Source of the DNA: Macrostomum lignano
Taxonomy: Eukaryota
DNA: 64,000 nucleotides
Direction of reading: 5' to 3'
Assembly (NCBI GenBank): GCA_002269645.1
Contig: NIVC01000903.1
Coordinates: forward strand, 272,459-336,458
Shown here: piece after piece, positions 33,452 through 48,400 of the stretch
Layout of the letters: each line of letters opens with the position of its first letter
How positions within the stretch are numbered: the first letter of the stretch is position 1
Program-made: the position numbers and the translations under genes
Notes under the pieces: model-generated
What the model was told of the DNA's origin: nothing
Databases searched by the model: none
Seen by the model: only the letters and a program-made list of their open reading frames with translations

Positions 33452-33791
33452 TGTATATACAGAGCAGTCTACGGGGGAGGTGCACTGATGGGGAAGGGAT
33501 GACAAAAGCGGCTGACCAATCAGAGGCCCGCTACAGAGCAGACGGGGGGTCAGCGCAAGGGCCGGGGCAGAGGGTCCGGCCACCCCCGAAGCCAGGGTGC
33601 AGAGGCATACACCCCAAAACCCTGGCCCAAGGCGCCGGCAGGGCAGCAAACGGAGGAGAGGGGCTAATCCATGGATTGAATAAAACCATCCTTGGGCCAA
33701 ACCTCGCCCTTTAGAGGTCTAGGTGTGAAAGGGCCTCGGACTGCAGGACCACCGACACAGAACGGAAGGCTGTCTGTCTCTCCTTGCTACA
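33452..33791 (+). mobile_element. Possible solo LTR
   Basis: TGTA...TACA ends, CCAATCA box and AATAAA ~110 nt from the 3' end. Flanks CTACT/CTAAG do not form a clean TSD. Confidence 0.3.
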
Positions 33792-33823
33792 CTAAGCCAG
33801 TAGAGTTAGCAATACACAGAGTA

Positions 33824-34025
33824 GGGGGCAGAGCAGCTCAGCGGTGAACGCGTCTGACTCGTGCGCCACGACACAACTGGTTCGATTCCAGTTCATTTGC
33901 GGCACTGGAGTGTACATGCCTGACGATTAGAAACCCAGGGCCGCTGTACAGCCTGTGTGAGCGTGCGTGTGAGTGCGTGCCTGCGTACAGTATTGGCGCG
34001 CTTCTGTGTGTGCTCAGCAGTCAGC
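33824..34025 (+). mobile_element. tRNA-derived SINE, family 2
   Basis: GGGGGCAGAGCAGCTCAGCGG (A-box) and GGTTCGATTCC (B-box, 33879-33889); related copy at 8360. Confidence 0.6.
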
Positions 34026-35214
34026 CAAATATAACCAAATGGTCCCGTCAACTTTTTAAACTTCCTGGTTTCAATTAAATCTTTAAAGCACAGCGCAGAC
34101 TCGATTCAAACTCAGTCGAGCTTCAGACAGCCCATGGAAGACGCGGCTGACACTTCTGCTGCCCATTAATTGTCACGATCTCTAAGGAGCAAAGAATCAG
34201 TCGATGTAAGCGTTCGGGTTAATCACTCACTTTCGATCTTAATTTCGAAAAAAATATAATAGAAGACTAATCCTTAATTAATAATTTTAAGATTTCTGGA
34301 GCTCTGTTTTACTGACCAAGTCAAAATCGAATTGGGCATCAACTCTGAAACTTCCAAATCGAGTTTACATACGACCCCTGAGAATGAGGCCGGATATTGA
34401 AAAAATGAATGTTTTTATGTTCTTTTCAATCTGTTTTATACGAATAAAATCTAAATGGATCGAACCTTGCGGCCAACAGAGCATATTAATATTGAATACA
34501 CCAGAAAAAAGACAACCTCAAAGTGTACTCAGCAAGCATTCTTCCCAAGAAGAAGCCACATCGAGCCTTAAGCGTCCAAATCGCTGTTGAGAACTGCTGG
34601 CAGAATTCGGCACAGTTCACTGGCTTATCACCGAGGCATAAAGCCAGTGGAGAGCCGGGAAGGTATGGCGAGAGGTGCAAGAATGGCTAATCATTTCTAG
34701 GTAATAAGCACCTTCCCAACCCACCCTCAGCTCAGCTTCAGCGCGTTTTTTGTCAGCTTAGGCCCAGGTGGCGATATTTAGCTGGTAGCTATTTTTACCG
34801 CCAAGTCTTTCGTTTACCATTTCACACTTTCTCTCTCCACCAGCGATATCCTCCCACGCAGCATGAGAACACTAGCTGCCAACCAGCCCGCAGCAGCACT
34901 TGAAGATGTCCAGCGAGCCCCAGGCTTCAACCACTCTGCAGTTCTCGGCAAGAAGGGAAAAGAGGAGGAGGTGCGCTGTTTAAACAGTTTCGCTCGACAA
35001 TTCCGCCTTGAAGCCGGCTTCAGTGCCCGCTCCTCTTGGCATTCAGTCTAATTTTAGCATTCAGCTCCGCCGCTTTGGCTCGATAAATTTATTAAAGAAA
35101 CAGCGCAAAAGTACTTTTACATGTGAGGCTGGCAATGTTTAGCTGAATGCTGGGAGCAAAGCATTGGCAATTTGTCTATTGGATTGAAATCCTCAGTGCG
35201 ATTTAGCCTTACGG

Positions 35215-36440
35215 TTTTGAATTCCTCTGCATAGTTGTAGATTCGACATCCTGGTTGTACATCTGACATTCTGATTGTAGATTTGACATTCTAATTGCAG
35301 ATTTGACATCTTGGCTGGTTGTAGATTTGCATCCTGGTTGCAGATTTGACATCCTGATTGTAAATTTGACATCATGGTTGTATATTTTACATCCAAGTTG
35401 TAGATTTGACATCCTGGTTAGATTTTACTTCCTGGTTGTAGATTTTAAATCCGAGTTGTAGATTTGGCATCCTGGTTGTAGATTTGACATCCTGGTTGTA
35501 GATTTGACATCCTGGTTGTAGATTTGACATCCTGGTTGTAGATTTGACATCCTGGTTGTAGATTTGACATCCTGGTTGTAGATTTGACATCCTGGTTGTA
35601 GATTTGACATCCTGGTTGTAGATTTGACATCCTGGTTGTAGATTTGACATCCTGGTTGTAGATTTGACATCCTGGTTGTAGATTTGACATCCTGGTTGTA
35701 GATTTGACATCCTGGTTGTAGATTTGACATCCTGGTTGTAGATTTGACAACATGGTTGTAGATTTGACATCCTGGTTGTAGATTTGACATCCTGGTTGTA
35801 GATTTGACATCTTGGTTGTAGATTTGACATCCTGGTTGTAGATTTGGCATCCTGGTTGTAGATTTGACATCCTGGTTGTCGATTTGACATCCTGGTTGTA
35901 GATTTGACATCCTGGTTGTAGATTTGACATCCTGGTTGTAGATTTGACATCTTGGTTGTAGATTTGACATCCTGGTTGTAGATTTGACATCCTGGTTGTA
36001 GATTTGACATCCTGGTTGTAGATTTGACATCCTGGTTGTAGATTTGACATCCTGGTTGTAGATTTGACATCCTGGTTGTAGATTTGACATCCTGGTTGTA
36101 GATTTGACATCCTGGTTGTAGATTTGACATCCTGGTTGTAGATTTGACATCCTGGTTGTAGATTTGACATCCTGGTTGTAGATTTGACATCCTGGTTGTA
36201 GATTTGACATCTTGGTTGTAGATTTGACATCCTGGTTGTAGATTTGACATCCTGGTTGTAGATTTGACATCCTGGTTGTAGATTTGACATCCTGGTTGTA
36301 GATTTGACATCCTGGTTGTAGATTTGACATCCTGGTTGTAGATTTGACATCCTGGTTGTAGATTTGACATCCTGGTTGTAGATTTGACATCCTGGTTGTA
36401 CATCTGACCTTCTGGTTGAAAATTTGACATCCCAGATGCA
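35215..36440. repeat. 20-bp minisatellite (GATTTGACATCCTGGTTGTA)
   Basis: About 60 copies, homogeneous in the centre and degenerate at the edges. Confidence 0.97.
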
Positions 36441-36605
36441 ATTTCGGTATCCCATGGCATCCTGTTTATTTTTAATGGCACTATGATTAAGCTGCGAAAC
36501 TGCTCTGCTTCGCCTACTCTTTGTCAGTAGGCAGCTAAGCGTGAGCATCGTTTTGCAGTTAAAAACCTGCATTAAATCAGTTCACTGGGGGCAAAAGGAA
36601 GCCAT

Positions 36606-36960
36606 GCTAGTGAGCACATTGTGAAGGTGGCAGAGGTGACAATGCAGGCTAGTGATGACATTGGGAAGGTGGCAGAGGTGACAATGGAGGCTAGTGAGAA
36701 CATTGGGTAGGTTGCAGAGGGGACAATAGAGGCTAGTGAGAACATTGGGTAGGTTGCAGAGGGGACAATGGAGGCTAGTGAGAACATTGGGTAGGTTGCA
36801 GAGGGGACAATTGAGGCTAGTGAGAACATTGGGTAGGTTTCAGAGGGGACAATAGAGGCTAGTGAGAACATTGGGTAGGTTGCAGAGGGGACAATTGAGG
36901 CTAGTGAGAACATTGGGTAGGTTGCAGAGGGGACAATTGAGGCTTAGTGAGAACATTGGG
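36606..36960. repeat. 42-bp tandem repeat, ~8 copies
   Basis: Unit GAGGCTAGTGAGAACATTGGGTAGGTTGCAGAGGGGACAATN. Confidence 0.93.
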
Positions 36961-37611
36961 GCTTTAATAACGGCAACAACAGCTAAGCTGTCAGACTCTA
37001 GCCAGAATGGGAAGATCGCAACCAAGTCGCATAAGCAAATATAAATCTAAATTTTAGAGCAGTTAGTAGCGTCATTATTTTGGATAAAAATCGTTGCTAC
37101 ACGCATTGCAAGCGGCGTCAATTAAAATTTCCTTTGATGGTTTTGAAACGCTAATGATGCCGCCTTATCGCTAGCCCCAACCCCCTACTCATGAATTGAT
37201 TTGTCTCAAAGTTTGGTAAGCCTTGTTGTGGCAGAAATATTAATTTGAAAACTCAGCTTCCGGGCTGGACTGACTTTGGCCTCTCAGTTCAACTTGTATC
37301 GCTTATGAAAATCTCCGTGGGAACTCAAGAAACTCTCCAGATTTATATCAATATGACCGATATTCGCAAGTGTATTACAAGTACTTAAGTACAAGCTCTT
37401 ACATTTGTCGTTCTTGGTTTTCTCAAGCTCTGAAGTCTCGCTATTTTGTGTCCCTGAAATAGGGGACAGACGTGCCAGAAGCTACTTCACTGTAGCTAAG
37501 ACAAGGAAAGATTCAGCATTCAGCCTTGTGCATTTGCCAATATATGCCTGGCAGCACACCAGCACGACTTTTTATTTGAGAGGTTAGTTAAGTAACAGGT
37601 CCTCTGCCGGA

Positions 37612-37932
37612 GGACATGTGTCCTTTGTCGAATGGCATGTGTCGCTTGCCGAATCTCATGCATGCTTGCCGAATGGCATGTGTCCTTTGCCGAATCTCAT
37701 GTGTCGCTTGCCGAATCTCATGTATCGCTTGCCGAATCTCATGTATCTCTTGCCGAATGGCATGTATCGCTTGCCGAATGGCATGTATCGCTTGCCGAAT
37801 GGCATGTGTCCCTTGCCGAATCTGAATCTCATGTGTCGCTTGCCAAATGGTATGTATCGCTTGCCGAATGGCGTGTGTCGCTTGCCGAATCTCATGTATC
37901 GCTTGCCGAATGGCATGTGTCGCTTGCCGAAC
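37612..37932. repeat. 21-bp minisatellite (CTTGCCGAATGGCATGTGTCG), ~15 copies
   Basis: GGCATG/CTCATG variants alternate. Confidence 0.93.
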
Positions 37933-38364
37933 CGCATTCGACTCCCTCTGTGGTCCAGCCACACCAGTTCAGCCATCTCCGCAGCCACTCTTTTTTGCAT
38001 TTGTTGAGTCACCACAGATTTGACGGAGTTGTCACGGTCTAAAAGAAAAAAATTTGAATTTTTCCAATAAAAATGCCTTGATTAAGCTGCGCTGTAGCAG
38101 AAATACGATAGCAATTACCCGCCAGAATGTCCTCCGCCTCGGAGCAACCAGCCATCAGAGCTGACAAGTACAGAAAACACAGAAGCAGCGGCCTCATTTC
38201 CGTGTGTAAGTTTTTTATTTTTTGATTTCGAATGCCACCTGCCTAGTAAGTGTTTATTGAGCTTCCGGCTGGACATTGGGGGAATGGGTCTGTGAGGGGC
38301 CATTTATATGTGTGCCTGCCCGCTCTGGATTGGCCAGCAGCTGATTCTAAGGCAGATGCAGAGA

Positions 38365-39480
<1,116 letters not shown>

Positions 39481-39488
39481 CTCTTACG

Positions 39489-42400
39489 ACTGTCTGTGTG
39501 TTTAGCGGGACCTGAGTTATGTTAATGCGTTACGTGGACCACGCAATTCCGGTTAAAAAATAGAGTCTGTTTTGACAACGCGAAAGGCTAGCTAGGGTTA
39601 TCTTTTTGTTAACTTGACGGAATAGCCAGTTCGTGGAAACTGTGGTGGTTCACTAACTACGTTTTGGGGACCGGGTTAGGTGGACCGCAAAAAAACAGTT
39701 GGTTTAGTTAGACCTCTTTCGTTGTAGAAAATTTATTGCTTTAAACTGTTCTTTTGAACTAATTAAAACAGAAATTCTCAAAAGAACAGATAAAAGGGTT
39801 ACGACGTCATTTAATGAAAATATCCCAAGTTCAAACCAATTTATTTAGCATTATTAATCGGGTTAATCGGGTTAAACAAATGTACGATCGCATTAGTTAG
39901 TTGCGTCGCGTGAATACAAGAAGGTGAATGAAAATAAAGCATTTTAAAAATAAATACCGAATCATATCAAATACTAACTGTAAACTCATTAAAACTAATT
40001 TAGGTCAAAATGTATGCTTCAAATACATGTTAACAAACGTAAGATTCCATTAGTTAATAAAGGTCATCCGAGTACGAGCCTACAAGAAGTTGAAGGGCAT
40101 TTTTAATAACGACAAAAGTTACTAAAACTGAAATTAAATTTATTTGACTACATCAGTCCTATTATACTGAATGAGTTGGTGAGCAATCATATGCTAAGCC
40201 AATCATTTTACCGACTTTCATCTTTTCGTTCACGCAGATGATGGCTTAATCTTCTTATTTTTTCTACGAAATATTCTCCTGGACCTTCCCTGCCTCCGTG
40301 GTCCGGGACCGCTTCTGTTATTGATCTGTCATTGCCTCTCTCACGAAGTTCAGCTTACTCAGCCATCGAATCCGCTTTCGTCAGCTCAGCTCTATGATGA
40401 ACCTTTCTATATTTCTCGTCAATTAGTGGTTTGAATCTTCTTTTAAAGTTCGTTTTAACCTTCATCTCGGTGAAACGCAGTCAGTCTCGTCGAGATCAGG
40501 CGAACAAAATCAACCACAGGCTCCTACAAAGGTAGAAAATAAAATTAACTGACAATCAAACAGACACAGAAATCTGTTCCAGTTGTGTCTGTAGGTTATG
40601 TGGACCACCTGAGAGCCAGAGCCTCAAACAGACAGAGAAATCTGTTCGAGTTGTGTCTGTAGGTTAGATGGACCAGCTATTCTACAGCACTTCTAGGCGA
40701 TAATCTGAGCCAGGAATCTCCAAGAGCCTCTCGTTACACATCCAGATGTTCTGCCTTGATGCTGGACTAGCTCACTTTCTAGGAATCTGTTCTGATTGCA
40801 TTCTAACAAACTGAAGCATTCTCGGCACTAAACTTTCTCGGCGGCTCTGAGAGCCAGAGCCTCAAACAGACAGAGAAATCTGTTCGAGTTGTGTCTGTAG
40901 GTTAGGTGGACCAGCTATTCTACAGCACTTCTAGGCGATAATCTGAGCCAGGAATCTCCGAGAGCCTTTCGTTACACATCCAGATGTTCTGCCTTGATGC
41001 TGGACTAGCTCACTTTCTAGGAATCTGTTCTGATTACATTCTAACAAACTGAAGAATTCTCGGCACTAAACTTTCTCAGCGGCTCTGAGATCCAGAGCCT
41101 CAAACAGACAGAAATCTGTTCGAGTTGTGTCTGTAGGTTAGGTGGACCAGCTACTCCACAGCACTTCTAGGCGATAATCTGAGCCAGGAGTCTTCGAGAG
41201 ACTTTCGTTACACATCCAGATGTTCTGCCTTGATGCTGGACTAGCTCACTTTCTAGGAATCTGTTCTGATTGCATTCTAACAAACTGAAGCATTTTCTGC
41301 ACTAAACTTTCTCGGCGGCTCTGAGAGCCAGAGCCTAAACAGACAGAGAAATCTGCTCGAGTTGTGTCTGTAGGTTAGGTGGACCACCTTCTGAGAAACA
41401 AAGCCTCAAACAGACTGAGAGAGCTGCTTCAGTTCTGTCTGTAGGTTATGTGGACCATTTAAGAGCCAGAGCCTCAAACAGACAGAGAAATCTGTTCGAG
41501 TTGTGTCTGTAGGTTAGGTGGACCAGCTATTCTACAGCACTTCTAGACGATAATCCGAGCCAGGAATCTCCGAGAGCCTCTCGTTACACATCCAGATGTT
41601 CTGCCTTGATGCTGGACTAGCTCACTTTCTAGGAATCTGTTCTGATTGCATTCTAACAAACTGAAGCATTTTCTGCACTAAACTTTCTCGGTGGCTCTAA
41701 GAGCCAGAGCCTAAACAGACAGAGAAATCTGCTTGAGGAGTTGTGTCTGTAGGTTAGGTGGACCACCTTCTGAGAGACAAAGCCTCAAACAGACTGAGAG
41801 AGCTGCTTCAGTTCTGTTTGTAGGTTATGTGGACCATTTAAGAGCCAGAGCCTCAAACAGACAGAGAAATCTGTTCGAGTTGTGTCTGTATGTTAGGTGG
41901 ACCAGCTATTCTACAGCACTTCTAGGCGATAATCTGAGCCAGGAATCTCCGAGAGCCTCTCGTTACACATCCAGATGTTCTGCCTTGATGCTGGACTAGC
42001 TCACTTTCTAGGAATCTGTTCTGATTGCATTCTAACAAACTGAAGCATTCTCGGCACTAAACTTTCTCAGCGGCTCTGAGAGCCAGAGCCTCAAACAGAC
42101 AGAGAAATCTGTTCGAGTTGTGTCTGTAGGTTAGGTGGACCAGCTACTCCACAGCACTTCTAGGCGATAATCTGAGCCAGGAATCTCCGAGAGCCTCTCG
42201 TTACACATCCAGATGTTCTGCCTTGATGCTGGACTAGCTCACTTTCTAGGAATCTGTTCTGATTGCATTCTAACAAACTGAAGCATTCTCGGCACTAAAC
42301 TTTCTCAGCGGCTCTGAGATCCAGAGCCTCAAACAGACAGAAATCTGTTCGAGTTGTGTCTGTAGGTTAGATGGACCAGCTATTCTACAGCACTTCTAGG

Positions 42401-45400
42401 CGATAATCTGAGCCAGGAATCTCCAAGAGCCTCTCGTTACACATCCAGATGTTCTGCCTTGATGCTGGACTAGCTCACTTTCTAGGAATCTGTTCTGATT
42501 GCATTCTAACAAACTGAAGCATTCTCGGCACTAAACTTTCTCGGCGGCTCTGAGAGACAGAGCCTCAAACAGACAGAGAAATCTGTTCGAGTTGTGTCTG
42601 TAGGTTAGGTGGACCAGCTATTCTACAGCACTTCTAGGCGATAATCTGAGCCAGGAATCTCCGAGAGCCTTTCGTTACACATCCAGATGTTCTGCCTTGA
42701 TGCTGGACTAGCTCACTTTCTAGGAATCTGTTCTGATTACATTCTAACAAACTGAAGCATTCTCGGCACTAAACTTTCTCAGCGGCTCTGAGATCCAGAG
42801 CCTCAAACAGACAGAAATCTGTTCGAGTTGTGTCTGTAGGTTAGATGGACCAGCTACTCCACAGCACTTCTAGGCGATAATCTGAGCCAGGAGTCTTCGA
42901 GAGACTTTCGTTACACATCCAGATGTTCTGCCTTGATGCTGGACTAGCTCACTTTCTAGGAATCTGTTCTGATTGCATTCTAACAAACTGAAGCATTTTC
43001 TGCACTAAACTTTCTCGGCGGCTCTAAGAGCCAGAGCCTAAACAGACAGAGAAATCTGCTCGAGTTGTGTCTGTAGGTTAGGTGGACCACCTTCTGAGAG
43101 ACAAAGCCTCAAACAGACTGAGAGAGCTGCTTCAGTTCTGTCTGTAGGTTATGTGGACCATTTAAGAGCCAGAGCCTCAAACAGACAGAGAAATCTGTTC
43201 GAGTTGTGTCTTTAGGTTAGGTGGACCAGCTATTCTACAGCACTTCTAGGCGATAATCCGAGCCAGGAATCTCCGAGAGCCTCTCGTTACACATCCAGAT
43301 GTTCTGCCTTGATGCTGGACTAGCTCACTTTCTAGGAATCTGTTCTGATTGCATTCTAACAAACTGAAGCATTTTCTGCACTAAACTTTCTCGGTGGCTC
43401 TAAGAGCCAGAGCCTAAACAGACAGAGAAATCTGCTCGAGTTGTGTCTGTAGGTTAGGTGGACCACCTTCTGAGAGACAAAGCCTCAAACAGACTGAGAG
43501 AGCTGCTTCAGTTCTGTTTGTAGGTTATGTGGACCATTTAAGAGCCAGAGCCTCAAACAGACAGAGAAATCTGTTCGAGTTGTGTCTGTATGTTAGGTGG
43601 ACCAGCTATTCTACAGCACTTCTAGGCGATAATCCGAGCCAGGAATCTCCGAGAGCCTCTCGTTACACATCCAGATGTTCTGCCTTGATGCTGGACTAGC
43701 TCACTTTCTAAGAATCTGTTCTGATTGCATTCTAACAAACTGAAGCATTTTCTGCACTAAACTTTCTCGGTGGCTCTAAGAGCCAGAGCCTAAACAGACA
43801 GAGAAATCTGCTCGAGTTGTGTCTGTAGGTTAGGTGGACCACCTTCTGAGAGACAAAGCCTCAAACAGACTGAGAGAGCTGTTTCAGTTCTGTTTGTAGG
43901 TTATGTGGACCATTTAAGAGCCAGAGCCTCAAACAGACAGAGAAATCTGTTCGAGTTGTGTCTGTAGGTTAGATGGACCAGCTATTCTACAGCACTTCTA
44001 GGCGATAATCTGAGCCAGGAATCTCCAAGAGCCTCTCGTTACACATCCAGATGTTCTGCCTTGATGCTGGACTAGCTCACTTTCTAGGAATCTGTTCTGA
44101 TTGCATTCTAACAAACTGAAGCATTCTCGGCACTAAACTTTCTCGGCGGCTCTGAGAGCCAGAGCCTCAAACAGACAGAGAAATCTGTTCGAGTTGTGTC
44201 TGTAGGTTAGGTGGACCAGCTATTCTACAGCACTTCTAGGCGATAATCTGAGCCAGGAATCTCCGAGAGCCTCTCGTTACACATCCAGATGTTCTGCCTT
44301 GATGCTGGACTAGCTCACTTTCTAGGAATCTGTTCTGATTACATTCTAACAAACTGAAGCATTTTCTGCACTAAACTTTCTCGGCGGCTCTAAGAGCCAG
44401 AGCCTAAACAGACAGAGAAATCTGCTCGAGTTGTGTCTGTAGGTTAGGTGGACCACCTTCTGAGAAACAAAGCCTCAAACAGACTGAGAGAGCTGCTTCA
44501 GTTCTGTCTGTAGGTTATGTGGACCATTTAAGAGCCAGAGCCTCAAACAGACAGAAATCTGTTCGAGTTGTGTCTGTAGGTTAGGTGGACCAGCTATTCT
44601 ACAGCACTTCTAGGCGATAATCCGAGCCAGGAATCTCCGAGAGCCTCTCGTTACACATCCAGATGTTCTGCCTTGATGCTGGACTAGCTCACTTTCTAAG
44701 AATCTGTTCTGATTGCATTCTAACAAACTGAAGCATTTTCTGCACTAAACTTTCTCGGTGGCTCTAAGAGCCAGAGCCTAAACAGACAGAGAAATCTGCT
44801 CGAGTTGTGTCTGTAGGTTAGGTGGACCACCTTCTGAGAGACAAAGCCTCAAACAGACTGAGAGAGCTGCTTCAGTTCTGTCTGTAGGTTATGTGGACCA
44901 TTTAAGAGCCAGAGCCTCAAACAGACAGAAATCTGTTCGAGTTGTGTCTGTAGGTTAGGTGGACCAGCTACTCCACAGCACTTCTAGGCGATAATCTGAG
45001 CCAGGAGTCTTCGAGAGCCTCTCGTTACACATCCAGATGTTCTGCCTTGATGCTGGACTAGCTCACGTTCTAGGAATCTGTTCTGATTGCATTCTAACAA
45101 ACTGAAGCATTTTCTGCACTAAACTTTCTCGGCGGCTCTAAGAGCCAGAGCCTAAACAGACAGAGAAATCTGCTCGAGTTGTGTCTGTAGGTTAGGTGGA
45201 CCACCTTCTGAGAGACAAAGCCTCAAACAGACTGAGAGAGCTGCTTCAGTTCTGTCTGTAGGTTATGTGGACCATTTAAGAGCCAGAGCCTCAAACAGAC
45301 AGAGAAATCTGTTCGAGTTGTGTCTGTAGGTTAGGTGGACCAGCTATTCTACAGCACTTCTAGACGATAATCCGAGCCAGGAATCTCCGAGAGCCTCTCG

Positions 45401-48400
45401 TTACACATCCAGATGTTCTGCCTTGATGCTGGACTAGCTCACTTTCTAGGAATCTGTTCTGATTGCATTCTAACAAACTGAAGCATTTTCTGCACTAAAC
45501 TTTCTCGGTGGCTCTAAGAGCCAGAGCCTAAACAGACAGAGAAATCTGCTCGAGTTGTGTCTGTAGGTTAGGTGGACCACCTTCTGAGAGACAAAGCCTC
45601 AAACAGACTGAGAGAGCTGCTTCAGTTCTGTCTGTAGGTTATGTGGACCATTTAAGAGCCAGAGCCTCAAACAGACAGAGAAATCTGTTCGAGTTGTGTC
45701 TTTAGGTTAGGTGGACCAGCTATTCTACAGCACTTCTAGGCGATAATCTGAGCCAGGAATCTCCAAGAGCCTCTCGTTACACATCCAGATGTTCTGCCTT
45801 GATGCTGGACTAGCTCACTTTCTAGGAATCTGTTCTGATTGCATTCTAACAAACTGAAGCATTCTCGGCACTAAATTTTCTCGGCGGCTCTGAGAGCCAG
45901 AGCCTCAAACAGACAGAGAAATCTGTTCGAGTTGTGTCTGTAGGTTAGGTGGACCAGCTATTCTACAGCACTTCTAGGCGATAATCTGAGCCAGGAATCT
46001 CCGAGAGCCTCTCGTTACACATCCAGATGTTCTGCCTTGATGCTGGACTAGCTTACTTTCTAGGAATCTGTTCTGATTACATTCTAACAAACTGAAGCAT
46101 TCTCGGCACTAAACTTTCTCGGCGGCTCTGAGAGCCAGAGCCTCAAACAGACAGAAATCTGTTCGAGTTGTGTCTGTAGGTTAGGTGGACCAGCTACTCC
46201 ACAGCACTTCTAGGCGATAATCTGAGCCAGGAGTCTTCGAGAGACTTTCGTTACACATCCAGATGTTCTGCCTTGATGCTGGACTAGCTCACTTTCTAGG
46301 AATCTGTTCTGATTGCATTGTAACAAACTGAAGCATTTTCTGCACTAAACTTTCTCGGCGGCTCTAAGAGCCAGAGCCTAAACAGACAGAGAAATCTGCT
46401 CGAGTTGTGTCTGTAGGTTAGGTGGACCACCTTCTGAGAGACAAAGCCTCAAACAGACTGAGAGAGCTGCTTCAGTTCTGTCTGTAGGTTATGTGGACCA
46501 TTTAAGAGCCAGAGCCTCAAACAGACAGAGAAATCTGTTCGAGTTGTGTCTGTAGGTTAGGTGGACCAGCTATTCTACAGCACTTCTAGGCGATAATCTG
46601 AGCCAGGAATCTCCGAGAGCCTCTCGTTACACATCCAGATGTTCTGCCTTGATGCTGGACTAGCTCACTTTCTAGGAATCTGTTCTGATTGCATTCTAAC
46701 AAACTGAAGCATTCTCGGCACTAAACTTTCTCGGCGGCTCTGAGAGCCAGAGCCTAAACAGACAGAGAAATCTGTTCGAGTTGTGTCTGTAGGTTAGGTG
46801 GACCAGCTACTCCACAGCACTTCTAGGCGATAATCTGAGCCAGGAATCTCCGAGAGCCTCTCGTTACACATCCAGATGTTCTGCCTTGATGCTGGACTAG
46901 CTCACTTTCTAGGAATCTGTTCTGATTGCATTCTAACAAACTGAAGCATTCTCGGCACTAAACTTTCTCGGCGGCTCTGAGAGCCAGAGCCTTAAACAGA
47001 CAGAAATCTGTTCGAGTTGTGTCTGTAGGTTAGATGGACCAGCTATTCTACAGCACTTCTAGGCGATAATCTGAGCCAGGAATCTCCGAGAGCCTCTCGT
47101 TACACATCCAGATGTTCTGCCTTGATGCTGGACTAGCTCACTTTCTAGGAATCTGTTCTGATTGCATTCTAACAAACTGAAGCATTCTCGGCACTAAACT
47201 TTCTCGGCGGCTCTGAGAGCCAGAGCCTCAAACAGACAGAGAAATCTGTTCGAGTTGTGTCTGTAGGTTAGGTGGACCAGCTATTCTACAGCACTTCTAG
47301 GCGATAATCTGAGCCAGGAATCTCCGAGAGCCTCTCGTTACACATCCAGATGTTCTGCCTTGATGCTGGACTAGCTCACTTTCTAAGAATCTGTTCTGAT
47401 TGCATTCTAACAAACTGAAGCATTTTCTGCACTAAACTTTCTCGGCGGCTCTAAGAGCCAGAGCCTAAACAGACAGAGAAATCTGCTCGAGTTGTGTCTG
47501 TAGGTTAGGTGGACCACCTTCTGAGAGACAAAGCCTCAAACAGACTGAGAGAGCTGCTTCAGTTCTGTCTGTAGGTTATGTGGACCATTTAAGAGCCAGA
47601 GCCTCAAACAGACAGAGAAATCTGTTCGAGTTGTGTCTGTAGGTTAGGTGGACCAGCTATTCTACAGCACTTCTAGGCGATAATCCGAGCCAGGAATCTC
47701 TAAGAGCCTCTCGTTACGCATCCAGATGTTCTGCCTTGATGCTGGACTAGCTCACTTTCTAGGAATCTGTTCTGATTGCATTCTAACAAACTGAAGCATT
47801 CTCGGCACTAAACTTTCTCGGCGGCTCTAAGAGCCAGAGCCTCAAACAGACAGAGAAATCTGTTCGAGTTGTGTCTGTAAGTTAGATGGACCAGCTATTC
47901 TACAGCACTTCTAGGCGATAATCTGAGCCAGGAATCTCCGAGAGCCTCTCGTTACACATCCAGATGTTCTGCCTTGATGCTGGACTAGCTCACATTCTAG
48001 GAATCTGTTCTGATTGCATTCTAACAAACTGAAGCATTCTCGGCAACAAAAAATTCTCGGCGGCTCTGAGAGCCAGAGCCTCAAACAGACAGAGAAATCT
48101 GTTCGAGTTGAGTCTGTAGGTTAGGTGGACCAGCTACTCCACAGCACTTCTAGGCGATAATCTGAGCCAGGAATCTCCGAGAGCCTCTCGTTACACATCC
48201 AGATGTTCTGCCTTGATGCTGGACTAGCTCACTTTCTAGGAATCTGTTCTGATTGCATTCTAACAAACTGAAGCATTCTCGGCACTAAACTTTCTCGGCG
48301 GCTCTGAGAGCCAGAGCCTCAAACAGACAGAGAAATCTGTTCGAGTTGTGTCTGTAGGTTAGGTGGACCAGCTACTCCACAGCACTTCTAGGCGATAATC

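Noticed and set aside
32929-33714. ORFs 32929-33243, 33371-33700 and 33451-33714
   Set aside because: No recognisable motifs, codon bias or splice support; the region looks promoter- or LTR-like.
34844-34970. Possible exon (DILPRSMRTLAANQ...KEEE|GTGCGC)
   Set aside because: Splice signals are plausible, but there is no homology and no phase-supported partner exon.
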